Below, piece by piece: positions 48,401-61,592 of a stretch of DNA of 64,000 bases. A program made the position numbers and the translations under genes. The notes under the pieces are model-generated. The model did not search any database. It was not told the origin of the DNA and saw only the letters and a list, made by a program, of their open reading frames with translations. The DNA comes from Mobula hypostoma (Eukaryota), in the NCBI RefSeq assembly GCF_963921235.1, contig NC_086097.1, forward strand, positions 190,032,001 to 190,096,000. The letters are read 5' to 3'. Position 1 is the first letter of the stretch, and every line of letters begins with the position of its first letter.

Positions 48401-50684
48401 TCAGTTCCTCTGCCACCTCCTTACCTCCCATTACAATTTCTCCAGCATCATTTTCTATCGGTCCTATATCTACTCTCACCTGTCTTTTACTCTTTATATA
48501 CTTGAAAAGGCTTTTAGTATCCTCTTTGATATTATTTGCTAGCCTCCTTTCATAGTTAATCTTTTCTCTCTTAATGACCTTCTTGGTTTCCTTTTGTAAG
48601 GTTTTAAAAACTTCCCAATCCTCTGTCTTCCCACTAAGTTTTGCTTCCTTGTATGCCCTCTCCTTTGCTTTAACTTTGGCTTTGACTTCTCTTGTCAACC
48701 ATGGTTGCATCCTTTTTCCACTCGAAAATTTCTTCTTTTTTGGAATATACCTGTCTTGCACATTCCTCATTTCTCGCATAAACTCCAGCCACTGCTGCTC
48801 TGCTGTCTTTCCCGCCAGTGTCCCTTTCCAGTCAACTTTGGCCAGTTCCTCTCTCATGCCACTGTAATTTCCTTTACTACCGACACATCAGATTTCGGCT
48901 TCTCTTTTTCTAATTTCACAGTGAACTCAATCATGTTATGATCACTGCCTCCTAAGTGTTCCTTCACCTCAATCTCTCTAATCACCTCTGGTTCATTACA
49001 CAATACCCAATCCAGTACAGCCAATCCCCTTGTGGGCTCAACAACAAGCTGTTCTAAAAAGCCATCTCGCAGACATTCTACAAATTCTCTCTCTTGAGAT
49101 CCAGTGCTGACCTGATTTTCCCAATCTACTCGCATGTTAAAATCCCCCACAATTATCATAACACTGCCCTTCTGACAAGCCTTTTCTATCTCCAGTTGTA
49201 ATTTGTAGTCCACATCCCTGCAGCTGTTTGGAGGCCTATATATAAATGCCATCGGGGTCCTTTTACCCCTGCTATTTCTTAGCTCAACCCATAAAGATTC
49301 TGCACCTTCCAATCCTATATCACCTCTTTCTAATGATTTAATATCATTTCTTACCAATAAAGCCACGCCTCCCCCTCTGCCTACCTTCCTATCCTTCAGT
49401 TACACCGTGTATCCTTGGACGTTCAGCTCCCAGAGACATGCATCCTTTAGCCAGGTCTCAGTGATGGCCACAATATCATACCTGCCAATCTGTAGCTGTA
49501 CAACAAGATCATCCACCTTATTCCTTATGCTGCGTGCATTTAAGTGCAACACCTTAAGACCAGTATTTGATCAGACCATCTATAATTTCCTTTCTTTTGC
49601 CTCTCTCCCTTCTTAAAGAGTGGAGTGACACTTGCAATTTCCTAGTCCTCTGGAACCATGCCAGGATTTGGTGATTCTTAAAAGATCATTCCTTTTGCGT
49701 CCACAATCTCTTCAGCTCCATTTAGTTGCCTTCTATTGGTTTTTAAATTTTCCCAATCCTCTCACTTCCCACTAATTTTTATTCTATTGTATGCCCTCTC
49801 TTTTGCTTTTGTGTTGGCTTTGATTCCCCTTGTCAGCCATGGTTACAGCATCCTGCCTTTAAAATACTTCTTTGGAATGTATTTATCCTGCACCTTCCAG
49901 GTTGCTTCTAGAAACTCCAGCCATTGCTGCTCTGCTGTCATCCCCGCTAGTGTCCCCTACAAATCAACTATGGCCAACTCTTCTCTCATATCTCTCTAAT
50001 TCTCTTCACTCCACTGTAATACTGATACATCTGACTTTAGCTTCTCTGTCTCAAACTGCCCTTTTGACATGCGTTTTCAATCTCTCATTTAATTTGTAGT
50101 CCACATCCTGGCTACTGTTTGGAGGACTGTATAGAACTCCCATTAGTGGCCTTTCACCCTTTGCAGTTCCTTAACTCTACCCACAATGATTCTACATCTC
50201 CCGATCCTATGCCACCTCATTCTAAGGATTTGTTTTTATTTTTTTTTTGCCAACTGAGCCATGCTACTCATTCTGCCTGCCCACCCTTTGATACAATGTG
50301 CATCTTTGGATGTTAAACTCCCAAATTAGATCTTTCAGTCACAACTCAGTGATGCCCATAAAAATAATGCCTGCCAATCTCCAAATGCACTACAAGAACC
50401 TCTACCTTATTCTGTATACTGTGTGCATTCAAATATAGCACCTCCTGTCCTGTAATTGACATCCTTTTCGATTTTGTTCCCCACTACACTGCAACTCATT
50501 CCACAGACTGCAATTTCACCCTATCATCTGCCCGTCCTCCCTAACAGCCTCACTACACACTGCCTCTGCTTGTATACCACCTGCCGCATCCTCAGCCCTA
50601 TCACTCAGCTTCCCATCCCCCTGCCAAATTAGTTTAAACTCTCCCCAACAGCTCGCGCAAACCTGCCCACAAAAATATTGGTCC
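45430..50684 (-). mobile_element. Older, multiply deleted CR1 LINE (45430-46665 and 49571-50684) split by a younger CR1
   Basis: SGVPQESVLGP and RPHLKYCEQFW on the left; CR1 ORF2 N-terminal remnants on the right. Confidence 0.8.
46670..49570 (-). mobile_element. Well-preserved CR1 LINE ORF2 (APE and RT), 5'-truncated, few frameshifts
   Basis: ORFs 48854-49366, 47763-48857 and 46771-47781 carry VGDFN, SDHN, NYRPVSLTS, KAFDKVPH, PQGS, KFADDTK; ACCATAAG-type tail. Confidence 0.96.
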
Positions 50685-52682
50685 TGTCACAACCACAGAC
50701 TATATTGCAGAACTTAGGCACCCTGGTAAGTGGGCTCATACTCATGAGTATGCACTTGCCGCAAATGGTTTCATTTGGCTGTATTTAACTCCCATTCTCT
50801 TGTTTCAGTTTTGTCAAGTCTTGAACAAAGCACAGTGATGTCAACACTCCCTGCTTATCTTTGTCCTTGTTCGAGGAAAGGAAACTACCATTTAAATTGA
50901 TGCTGTAAAGGAGCGGTTTTACTCAGTATTAAATTGCTGCTTCCGAGCCACAGTTTTGGTGTTAGCTTTCAGCTTGAGACGTTTAATTACTAGCCCTGTT
51001 GGCCTAGGATTTATTGGTTTTTCTTTTGTTCTGCACAGTTCGTATTTAAATTCAGTAAACTGTTCATCTGCTTCAGTGTCTCTCCCTTTGCATTTGTGCC
51101 AAAACTGCATATTGGTATCAGCAAGACTTGACCACATAAATGGACCCAGCGGAGCGAGAACGGCTGATATCAGCCCTGAATTTTATTGGGCAGGTAAGAT
51201 AGAAGCTAAAGTCAGCAGAGGCTGGATTGGCAAAACTGGTTTGTACAGTGTGACATCTACTCACAGAGCGGCAAGCCCTGTCCGAACTGAAGTTGTTGGT
51301 CAAATACAGGAGAAGTTGAAGTCAACGGAGTCTGGGCTGGCAGAAATGGCTCGTGCAGTGCTACACTTGCTTTCAGAGTGGCAAGTTTCGTCCGAGTAGG
51401 AAGAAGAGGTGTCAGCAATAGCAGCGACACTTTAGCAATTTGCTACAGACAGCCAGAATCAGGTGGCAGCCATTGCTGCTCTCACTGCCACAATTTAGCA
51501 GCAGCAGCCTTCAGCCAGGACAGTCCCACTCCCAGCATCTGCCACATCTTCCTCTCGAACAGTCTCATCAGCCTCAGCCACTGATACCCTGATCCCTGCA
51601 GCAGTTTCCGGATCAGAACCGAGTATTCCTCTACCAGACAGACACTCCAGTGACCCCATGGCTGCAGGAACTTTATTAACCAGTGTGAGCTGACTTTCCA
51701 AACCCAGCCAGGTTGGTTCAGTGATGATGGGTGCAAACTGGGTTACATGGTGAATCTGTGAGACGGACCCCACTCAGCCTGTTCAATTCGCTACTAGAAC
51801 AAGGTTCCCCTGCAGCCTAGCCTTTCCAATAATTTGTAGTTGAGTTTGATCTTCCAGTATAGGAGGCTCCCCACCAACTCCTGGACTCCCGCCAAGGGAA
51901 AGGGACAGTGATAGACTGCACAGTAAAGTTCCATATGCTTGCAGTTGAGACGGGGTGGAACAACGGATCACTCTTCAACACTTTTCAGCATGGGTTGAGT
52001 GCAAGGGTTCGGCATGAGATTGCAGTGCATGATGAGCAGGACGTTCTGATTGACCCTGATAAATCTGGCCGTTTGAATTCACAGCCAGGCAAATGAGGGC
52101 ACAGAGAAAGATTGTCCCGAGCTTCCTATCTTTAGAACACCGTCGATCTTCACCCTCTCACCGATCATCCAGTACACAATCCACGGAGGAGCCTGTGCAT
52201 GAGGAACACGTGTACCTATATCAGTAGGAATGAGACTGGCGCAGGAGAACAAGTTCCTGCCTCTACTACAGAAATACAGGACATTTCCGGGCATCCTGTC
52301 CCAAGAGTCCAGTAAAGGAGGATACTCCTCAGCAGGAAGGGGTACTCTGACGGGTCCATTCTCCCTGCAGGCTTCCTCCCCTAATCCTGTAATGGTCCCA
52401 AATTCCTTGTCGCGTGGGGTCTCAGACCTATGGGCTTCAGGCATTTATTGACTCCGGGGCAGCCGGGAACCTCAAGGATATCTCTCTGGCTCAGGGATGG
52501 AGAGTTCCAACTCAGCCATTGAGAGAGAATATCGGCAGCAAGGCCCTGGATGGTCAGCCTCTGAGCACCGGCAAGATCCACCTTTCCACAGAACCCCTCC
52601 AATTGTGCTGGAAGGGAACCGTAGGGTACAACTCTCCTAGCTTCTCGACTTGCCTGAAATGCCACTCTTGCTTGGCCTTCCT
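50685..52682 (+). mobile_element. Degenerate Sushi-like Ty3/Gypsy element (5' LTR about 50685-51120, gag, protease), 3'-truncated
   Basis: TGTCAC start; ATGGACCCAGCG (MDPA) at about 51140; EPSIPLPDR.../GCRNFINQCELTFQTQP...KLGYMVNL; FHMLAVETGWNNGSLFNTFQHGLS (gag); AFIDSGAAGN (aspartic protease). Confidence 0.8.
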
Positions 52683-52800
52683 TGTCACGATATGGGCTGA
52701 CAATTGCTGAACCCAAGTGTGGAGAAATGCAGACTCCCCTGTAGAGGTGGCAAGTAGGGTTGATAATTAAGAGTTCCAACAAAACATTGGTGACTTAGCC
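52683..52800 (-). mobile_element. LTR 3'-end fragment related to the LTR ending at 5442
   Basis: TGTCACGATATGGGCTGACAATTGCTGAACCCAAGTG...CAGACTCCC aligns with the reverse complement of 5385-5442. Confidence 0.65.
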
Positions 52801-55089
52801 AAGTGAAACTGCAAAACATAACGTTCCCAAAGATAGCATCCTGCGACTAGCACTAATTGAGCATCCGCTTATGTAATCACAGGATGCGGTGTACATATTA
52901 TTAAAGGGATTGGCCACAGGGGTACGCTCACCAGCTACCTATTGCCTTTCCCACTCTTGATGGTCACCCAGGTACTTTCCTTCTGCAACTTGCTGTACTA
53001 GTGGTAAAGCCTGATGTTCACAGAACCTAAATTCAAGGTTGGAGCTCCCGTTATTGCCCTTGCTGTTGGTCTGTATGCAGCATTTGCATTAACATTTTCT
53101 GCCAGCTGAAGTTGCTTTGTATTTTAGGAGGCCTTCTCTCTAGATGCAGTTGTCTTGCATGTCGGTTTAAATGTTAAGTCGAGCATGCTCATTGCCTCGG
53201 ACAGGATGTGATCATTAGCTAGCTTACACTCAGAAGTTATATTGCAGTGTGTGATCCAAGTTATAGCTCCGTGAAAGATATTTCAGATCTATGTCATTTG
53301 CTAATGATCCATCCTGACTTCATTTTCCAAACGTATTACTCCACAGACTCTGATGGCATGAGTTTAAATTGTTTTGCAGCATTTCTATTGCTTCAGTAAA
53401 TGGGGACAATTATCATGAAGAGTATCTGATCTATTCCTAATAGCTTGACCTCCTTGTGTTCACATGTGACTTAACAATTAGCCTTACATAAGAATATGAG
53501 AAATGGAAGCAGAACAGACCAATTAACACTTAATAGATATCTGTTCTTTTCAACCAATAAGATCATGGCTGATCTTTTACTCAGTGCCACTTTCTGCACT
53601 ACTCCCTCATCCTTTAGTTCTCCTAATATGTAAAATATAATTTATCTTCCTTAATTATGATTCTACACAGCCCACTTTGGTATCTGTGTAGAAAATTCCC
53701 AAGACTCACTACCCACTGAATGATGTAATTTCTCCTGAGTGACCAGCTTCTTATTTTGAAGGGTGAGCACTGGTTCCCAACTTGTCAGCCAGGGGACGAA
53801 CCAGCTCTGCATCAACCCTCTTGAGCCCTATCAAGGCTGAGTATGTTTAAGATTCAGATTTACGTATCACATCCATATCGAAACACATCTTTTGTGCAAC
53901 AGCCAATATACTTAAGCGTGAGCTGGGGGCAAGTGCTACCACACATTTCGGTGCCAACATAGAAACATAGAAACATAGAAATGCCTACAATGTTCAGCAG
54001 AACAACACAAACAGTAGCAACAACACCACCAAAAGAACAGCAAAACAAGTCCCTTTCCCACCCTCTCACACACACAGGCAAGTCTCCAACCCCAGGATAA
54101 ACCATCACAGGACATCCTGTCCTGTGTCTCAGACCCTCAGCCTTACAGACATTGAGCCCCTGAACTCCAGACAAACCGATCTAGGTGCTTCGATTTCTTT
54201 TCAGATGACAAACTAATCATCCCAGGCATTAATCTAGTGAACCTTCACTACACATTCTCAATCACAAGCATAATCTTTTTGTTTGGTAGGGAGACAAAAC
54301 CAATAAAAAATATTCCAGATACAATTTCACCAGAGTTCTATATAGCTGGAATAAATGTCTATGTTCTACAAATCCTTTGGCGACAAAGACTAACATATTG
54401 ATTGCAATCCTAGTTGCCAACTTTTAAAGATTCCTGTTCCCAGGATAACCAGCACCTTTCAGTCTTATTAGAAACTTCACTTTTTTTTATTTTTCAACTA
54501 AATTTTATTCTTACCATCTATTTTGATGATGTTATGCATACAACTTTTTTCCCCATTTCTTCAATATACAAAATGAAGAGTTCTTGATCATTGCCTTAAA
54601 CACAAAGGTAACACTAATGTCACTGACATCATTGGACTCTTTTCCACTTTGATACATATTAGGCTTACCAGTAATGTCATAACAATCGTTATTCCCACTT
54701 TTTCTCCCTCATTTTCAAGGTTGTGCTGCAGGCTGGCCATGATTAATGCAGAGCTTCACAGTCAGACTCCATTAACACAATCACTGAGTCACTCAAGACC
54801 CTCAAAAACATTGTCGTTGTTACAGGCTGTAATTCTAAGGTGCCTTGATGCTATAAGGGTATGTATGCTGCATGGACTCTTGAGTTTTCATGCTAAAGGT
54901 TCAGTCCAATGCAGAGTTTATGTATGAATATTGTAGTCTCCTGTATTTCTCAATCACACTATTGTAACAGAGATAAGTTAATTAATGACACAATGCTAAA
55001 AGGGTTGATAACTTAAATCAATGAATATTCCTAATAACCAATATTACAAAGGTTTCACAAACTCCTGCTCACTGACGATAAACATAGAC

Positions 55090-57420
55090 ACACCTCCACA
55101 GCTCTATGCTATCCATACTCATGACTGTATAGCAAAGCACAGCTTAAACACTATCTATAAATTTGCCGATAACGCCATTGTTGTTGGCACAATCTCAGAT
55201 GGTGATGAGATGTATGGGAGTGAGATAGACTGGCTAATTTGGTGCTGTTGTAACAACAACCTTGCACTCAATGTCAACAATAGTAAAGAAATTAATGTAG
55301 AAATTAAGAAGTGGAAATCTGAAGAACACACTCCAATCCCAATGAGGGGTCAGTGGTGGAAAAGAGCAGAAGACCATAACACACAGGAGCAGAATTAGGC
55401 CATATAGCTCATCGAGACTGCTCTGCCACCTTATGGCTGATATTCTTTTCTCCACCTCAACCCTACTTCCCAGCCTTCTCCCTATAACCTTTGATGCCAT
55501 GTCCAAATGAAGATCCACCTGAAATACACCAACCAACCTGACTTCCACAGCTGCCTGTGGCAACAAATTCCCAAAACTCACCAGCCTCTGACTAAATAAA
55601 TTTCTCTGTATCTCTGATTGAAATGGACTCCCCACTATCCTGAGGCTCTGCCTCCTGTGCCAGACTCCTCCACCATGAGAAACAACCTGTCCACATTTAC
55701 TCTGTCTTGGCCTTCCAATATTCAAAAGGTTTGAAAGAGATTCCCCCTCATCCTTCTAAATTCCAGTGAGTACAGGCCCAGAGCCATCAAACGTTCCTCA
55801 TATGATAGCCTTTTCATCCTCAGAATCATCCTTGTAAACCTCCTCTGAAACCTCTCTAGTGCCAGCAAATGTTTTCTTCAATGAGGAGCTCAAAACTGTT
55901 CACAATACTCAAGGTGAGGCCTCACCAGTACCTTAGATAGCTTCAGTATCTCATCCCTGCTCTTATATTCTAGACCTCTTGAAATGAATGCTAACATTGC
56001 ATTTGCTTTCCTCACCACGGACTCAACCTGCAAGTTAATCTTTAGTATGTTCTGCACAAGGACTCCTGAGTCCCTTTGCATCTCAGCTTTTTGGATTTAG
56101 AAAATAGTCTACATAATTATTTCTTCTACCAAAGCGCATTACCATGCATTTTCCAACATTGTATTTTGTTTGCTACTTTCTTGCCCATTCTCCTAATCTG
56201 TCTAAGTCCTTCTGCAGCCTTCCTGTTTCCTCCACACTACTTGCCCTAGTCCAACAATCTTCATATCACCTGCAAACTTGGCAACAAAGCCATCTATTCA
56301 ATCATCCAAATCATTGATAAACAGCAGAAAAAGAAGTGGTCCCAGTACTGACCCCTGTGGAACACCACTAGTCACTGGCAGCCAACCAGAAAAGGATCCT
56401 TTTCTTCCCACTCACTACCTTCTAACAATCAACCAATGTTCTAATCATGTTAGTAACTTTCCTCTAATACAATGGGCTCTTAATTTGGTAAGCACCCTCA
56501 TGTGCGGCACCTTCTCAAAGACCTTCTTAAAATCCAAATATACATACAACATCCACTGCATCCTCTTTATCTATCCTACTTGTAATCTCCTCAAAGAATT
56601 CCAAGAGGTTCGTCAGAGAAGATTTTCCCTTAAGAACACCATGCTGGCTTTGTCCTGGATCACCAAGTAACCTCATCCTTACCAATTGACTCCAACATCT
56701 TCCCAACTACTGAGGTCAGGCTAACTGGTCTAAAATTTCCTTTCTGCTGCCTCCCTCCTGAGTCCCTACACTCCCATTCCCATCCCCCAGCAAAATTAGT
56801 TTAAACCCTCCCCCCTTACAAACCTACCTGGCAAGAATATTTGTCCCCCTCAGGTTCAAGTGCAAGTGGACACTTTTATACAGGTCATAACTTCCCCAGA
56901 AGAGATCCTAATGATCCAAGAACCTGAAGCCCTACCTCTGCACCAGCATCTGTTTCTGGGTGTCAAGATCTCGGATGATCTCTCCCAGGTCCAATACATT
57001 AATACAATCACGAAGAAGGCCCACCAGTGGTGCTACTTCATTCGGAATTTGGGGCAACTGTAAATGCTCTTGCCATGGTCAGTAGAGAGGATCCTGAGTC
57101 GTGCATCACAGGCTGGTATGCAGGACCTAATGTGCAGGAACAAAAGAAGCTGTAGATGGTTGCAGACTCAATCAGCTCCATCATGGGCACAGACCTCCCA
57201 CTATTGAGGATACCTTCAATAGGCAGTGCCTCAAGATGGCGGCATCTATCATTAAGGACCATTATCATACGGGACATGCCATCTTTTTATTACTACCAAC
57301 AGGGAAGAGATACAGGAGCCTGAAGACCCAGACTCAGTTTTCAGTACAGCTTCTTCTCCTCCGTCATCAGATTTCTGAATGGTCCATGAAACCTGTCTTG
57401 CTATTCATCTTTTGCACTAT
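55090..57420 (+). mobile_element. Degenerate Rex1/Babar LINE (55090-55365 and about 56945-57420) split by a CR1
   Basis: YKFADNA, LALNVNNSKEI on the left; FLGVKISDDLS, KKAHQW.YF, IIKDHYHTGHAIF on the right. Confidence 0.8.
55366..56945 (-). mobile_element. CR1 LINE, internally deleted
   Basis: AMLAFISRGLEYKS...RPHLEYCEQF on the minus strand; CR1 tail at the left end. Confidence 0.9.
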
Positions 57421-59098
57421 TTGTTTAAACCTGATTCAGATTCACTGCCTCTTTATAGAATTCACCTTATTTGTTCTTCACTATGGACTGGAATTGAGTT
57501 GTCTTTTGTATCAAGCAGACAAAGTACCAAGTCATTTTCATGTCCTGGAAGGAAGTCATTTGAGAAGAACTGACTGATTTACGATTTCATCCCGGCTTCA
57601 GAAACATTAAAACTCTTAAGTAAACATGCTTTGAGAATGAGACTAATGCAACATGATGATTATGCTACCCATCAATGTGCACATTTAATTAAAAGATTAA
57701 TCTGCTCAAAGATTAACTATTTCATAAAAGGCAACTGCATTTATAAAAGCTGTTAATCTTTAATCAAGGGCTATAAGGTTAGTCCTGGAAAGTTGGGGCT
57801 GCTCAGCTATGATCAAATTGAACAGCATGAGGAGCAGAAAGGCTTACTAATGCTTCTATTTCTTATGTTCTTAATTAAACCTGTTAATTCTTCTTGTTAA
57901 TATGTGAATAAAATCAGCTTTATTTGGCAATCTATAGAGATTACTGCTTGTTGTCGTGGTGCTGATCAGAGCTTGAAGCTCGGATTTATTATTGTGGTTC
58001 CATTCGTGCTTAAGCAATATTGATCTATTGTTGACTCATCTACAAGAGAAAAGATAAACAAAGATTTTATAGCTGCTCCTCCCATTTCATTTAACTTATA
58101 ACCTTCAAGTAAAACGTATTCCTGAAAACTGGACAGATCTGAACTTACTGCATGCAAAAAATGTATACAAAAGTCTTTTTCATGAGGGTGTGCCATTTCT
58201 AGTGGGAGCTTTGCCAACTGAAATATTGAACTGAGAATCCAACTGTCATTCACCTTGGCATGAAATTATTTCACTGGTGTCACTCAGATATGTGATGATG
58301 TTAAAAACACTATCAATGCTTATTTCTAACATTAATGACTGGAGCTGGTACAAATATATGCAACATGTCGCCTACATTTTCACACTCTGTCAAAAAAAAA
58401 CTGCAGACCTTGCACCAAATTGCTAACCATTTATGAATTAAAGTGTTCCAGCTGGGACATTAATCTTTCGTTTTCGTACGATACCTGATCAATTACTGAT
58501 ATGCTTGTCCAGAAAGTCAGTTTTGTGTAGTTCCCAGCAGACGTTCATTGCAGAGGTCACCGTTCTGATCCCTTACTTGTATTATGATTACATGCTTTGC
58601 AGTGGCTTGAAGCTACTTAGCATACAGGAGTAGTCCTGGGTGTAATCATAGGTAAGGTGATACCATCTGACACAGCAAAGAAGTGTTCCTGTTTCCTCAC
58701 TGTGTTCCCTTCACATTGTGGAAGCCTGGTGTACAGTTCAATGGCTACCATGGAGAGTGTACCTCAGGGCTTGACCTACTTCCCATGATTGCTAGCAACA
58801 ATAATGTGGCAGCTGTGATAGTGTAGGCAGTTGCCATTAGGAATTGTTTTCCAAAAGAAAATGGGGAATAAGCATCATAATGATTTTTCTAAGGTAAATT
58901 TCATCTATCTTGTTATTTTTGAGCAGCCCCCTTAGGCACTGGGAAATGCAGACCACCCAGTATGCATGCCATTTATAGTGAAATTCAATTTCAAACCAGC
59001 ATTGATCATGTTGTAAATATAAAGTCCTAAACAATATTACTTTAACATCTCTTTACATTGATTCTCACACACATGGAGCACTACACAAAAATTCTTTA

Positions 59099-59410
<312 letters not shown>

Positions 59411-59849
59411 AATTGAACATCTGAAAATAATGGCAATCACTCGGCAGCAGCAATGGTGAATAAAGTCCCAAGGACTCAAAGACCCACTGGAGGAAATGCT
59501 TCAGACGCCTGTTAATTCATCTGTTATCATCCAAACATGTCGAATGTAATTTGCACTTTGCATATTCTATAATACTTGGATCAGCCAATATTTAAATGAA
59601 AGATCATTTGTGTAAGACATTCTTGTTAATAGACACAGTCATGTATCCATTAGCTCCAAAATGAGATGATTTAGTACCACCCAAGATTTCCTCATAATTG
59701 TGCTGATATCTCACCCCAAAATTGCACTATTAATATGCTGAACAATCTAACTTGAAGTTAGTCTGAAAACAAAAGTTGCAGAAAATGTGAACACAAATAT
59801 CTCTTAGATGTCTTTCCTCAATTGACAACAGCACACCTTATAATTCCTT

Positions 59850-60650
59850 CAATTCTTCTTGTTTATTAGTTTTTGAGATTCTTGTGTTGGGGCAAAGCTA
59901 GCATTTGTACCCATCGTAAACTCTTCTTGAACAGATATTGCTGAGCCACCATCTTGAATGGATGATGTCTTGGTAAATGTTCCTCTCAGAATATTTTGGG
60001 GTAGGGAGTTCCAGTATTCTGAACCAACTGACAATGAAGGATATTATTCCACTGAAGAGAGTGCAGAGGAGATTCTTCAGGATGTTACCGGATTGATAGA
60101 CATTAGTTATCAGATTGGCTGGGCTTGATATCCCTGGAGCATAGAAAGCTGAAGGCTGACCTGTCAGAAGTATGGAAAATATGAGATGCGTAGATATAGG
60201 ATAGAAAGTCAAAACTTCTTTCCCATGTTAGGAGTGTCCAACAGGGCATATGAAAGTTCCCAATAATACTAAAGACATTTGGAACTGGAGAAACCAATCC
60301 AATAGCTGGACCCATATCTCCCATAAATGAAGGTAACTGTGTTACTGGAAGCCAGTCTGCTCTGGTCCAAGGTTTAAGCTAAGATGAAGGAGTTATAAGG
60401 GGAAAGTAAAGGTTAAGATTTGTTTTTAAACAGGTCTAGAAATGGGGTATCTGGAACATGCGGCCAGAAGAGATGGTGATATATAGAAATAATATATTTA
60501 AGAGGTATTTAGACGGGCAGTTAAGAAGTCCAGGCATAGAACAATACAGTCCTAATGTTAGTAAATGATATTAATGTGGAGGGGCAAAAAGTTCTGCATG
60601 GACATGTGAGCTGATGGACCTGTTCCTGTGCTGCATGACTCTGTGATTCT
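59850..60650. mobile_element. Two old CR1-like 3' fragments in opposite orientation (about 59850-60100 minus, about 60100-60650 plus)
   Basis: WNSLPQ on the minus strand; GGGCTTGATATCCCTGGAGCATAGAAAGCTGA and CR1-like tail on the plus strand. Confidence 0.55.
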
Positions 60651-61267
60651 GTATATTGCAGTACCTGGCCAAGTCAGGACAGTATCTTAATGAAGGGCAA
60701 GTCTGAGGTGGTCTTATGGGCCTGCTAACTTGTTGTTCAGGATAATGTAGGAGGCAGGCATGGGATATGCTGTAAAAGGAGCTCTGAGGAGTAGAATAAT
60801 TTGCAGATTTATGTAATAATATTTAAAACTAACCATCTTTGCATGAGTGAACAAAAATCGAAGATTAACAAGATTAACAAAAAAATACTGAACCCACACA
60901 CCACAACCACACCAAGCTACTGGTGGACAAACCCTCTTCTACGTAAGATGCCTGGATCTGAATCCAACTCTTTGACCCGTTTTTATAGCGAGAGTTTATG
61001 TGACTGCTGCTGTTAAATTTCTGGTAGCTGTTTTTCTTGGAATATTAATAGTAGGGGAGCCAATGACAGCAATGTCATTAAACATCAAGAAGAGAGGTTT
61101 CCTCTTTCAGGTTATTGCCTGGAATCTGTGTGGCAGTGTCATTACAACTCATTTATCAGTCAATAAACAAATATTTTCCCAGTACTGCTGCAGGTAGAGC
61201 TGGGCTGCTGCACTAGGATCAATAAAGGAAAGCGAAACTTGTACAGTCATGCTTCACATTCCCTTGA

Positions 61268-61592
61268 AACATAGAAAAAGGCTGTTTGGCCCAGCAACTC
61301 TGTAGCTATCAGAGCAGTCCTTTGAATCCCATTCCCTTATTTAGTTCTCCGAAACTTCTCTCACATGCCCAACACCTTGCCCCTGATTTCTCCTGTAGCC
61401 ACCTACACAGTAACCAATTGATTTACTGGGTAACATGTCCTTCAGATGTGGGAGGAAACCAGAGAACCCGGGAGGAACCACCTTCTAGCATGGAGAACGT
61501 ACCAATTCCATATAGAGCACTAGAGGTAAGGATTGAACCCGGCTACTAGAGCTGGAAATCAGCATCACTATCTGATGTACCACCATGCTGTC
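61268..61592 (-). mobile_element. tRNA-derived V-SINE (HE1-like), degenerate
   Basis: Minus strand has a tRNA-like head with GGGTTCAATCC B-box, a V-domain-like GGTTCCTCCCGGGTTCTCTGGTTTCCTCCCACATC and a CR1-like tail. Confidence 0.7.

Noticed and set aside
51140..52682. PEG10/RTL-like domesticated gag gene
   Set aside because: Many stops and frameshifts, with an adjacent LTR-like segment; it is a decayed retrotransposon.
61520..61592. tRNA gene
   Set aside because: Only a decayed SINE head; no cloverleaf could be formed.
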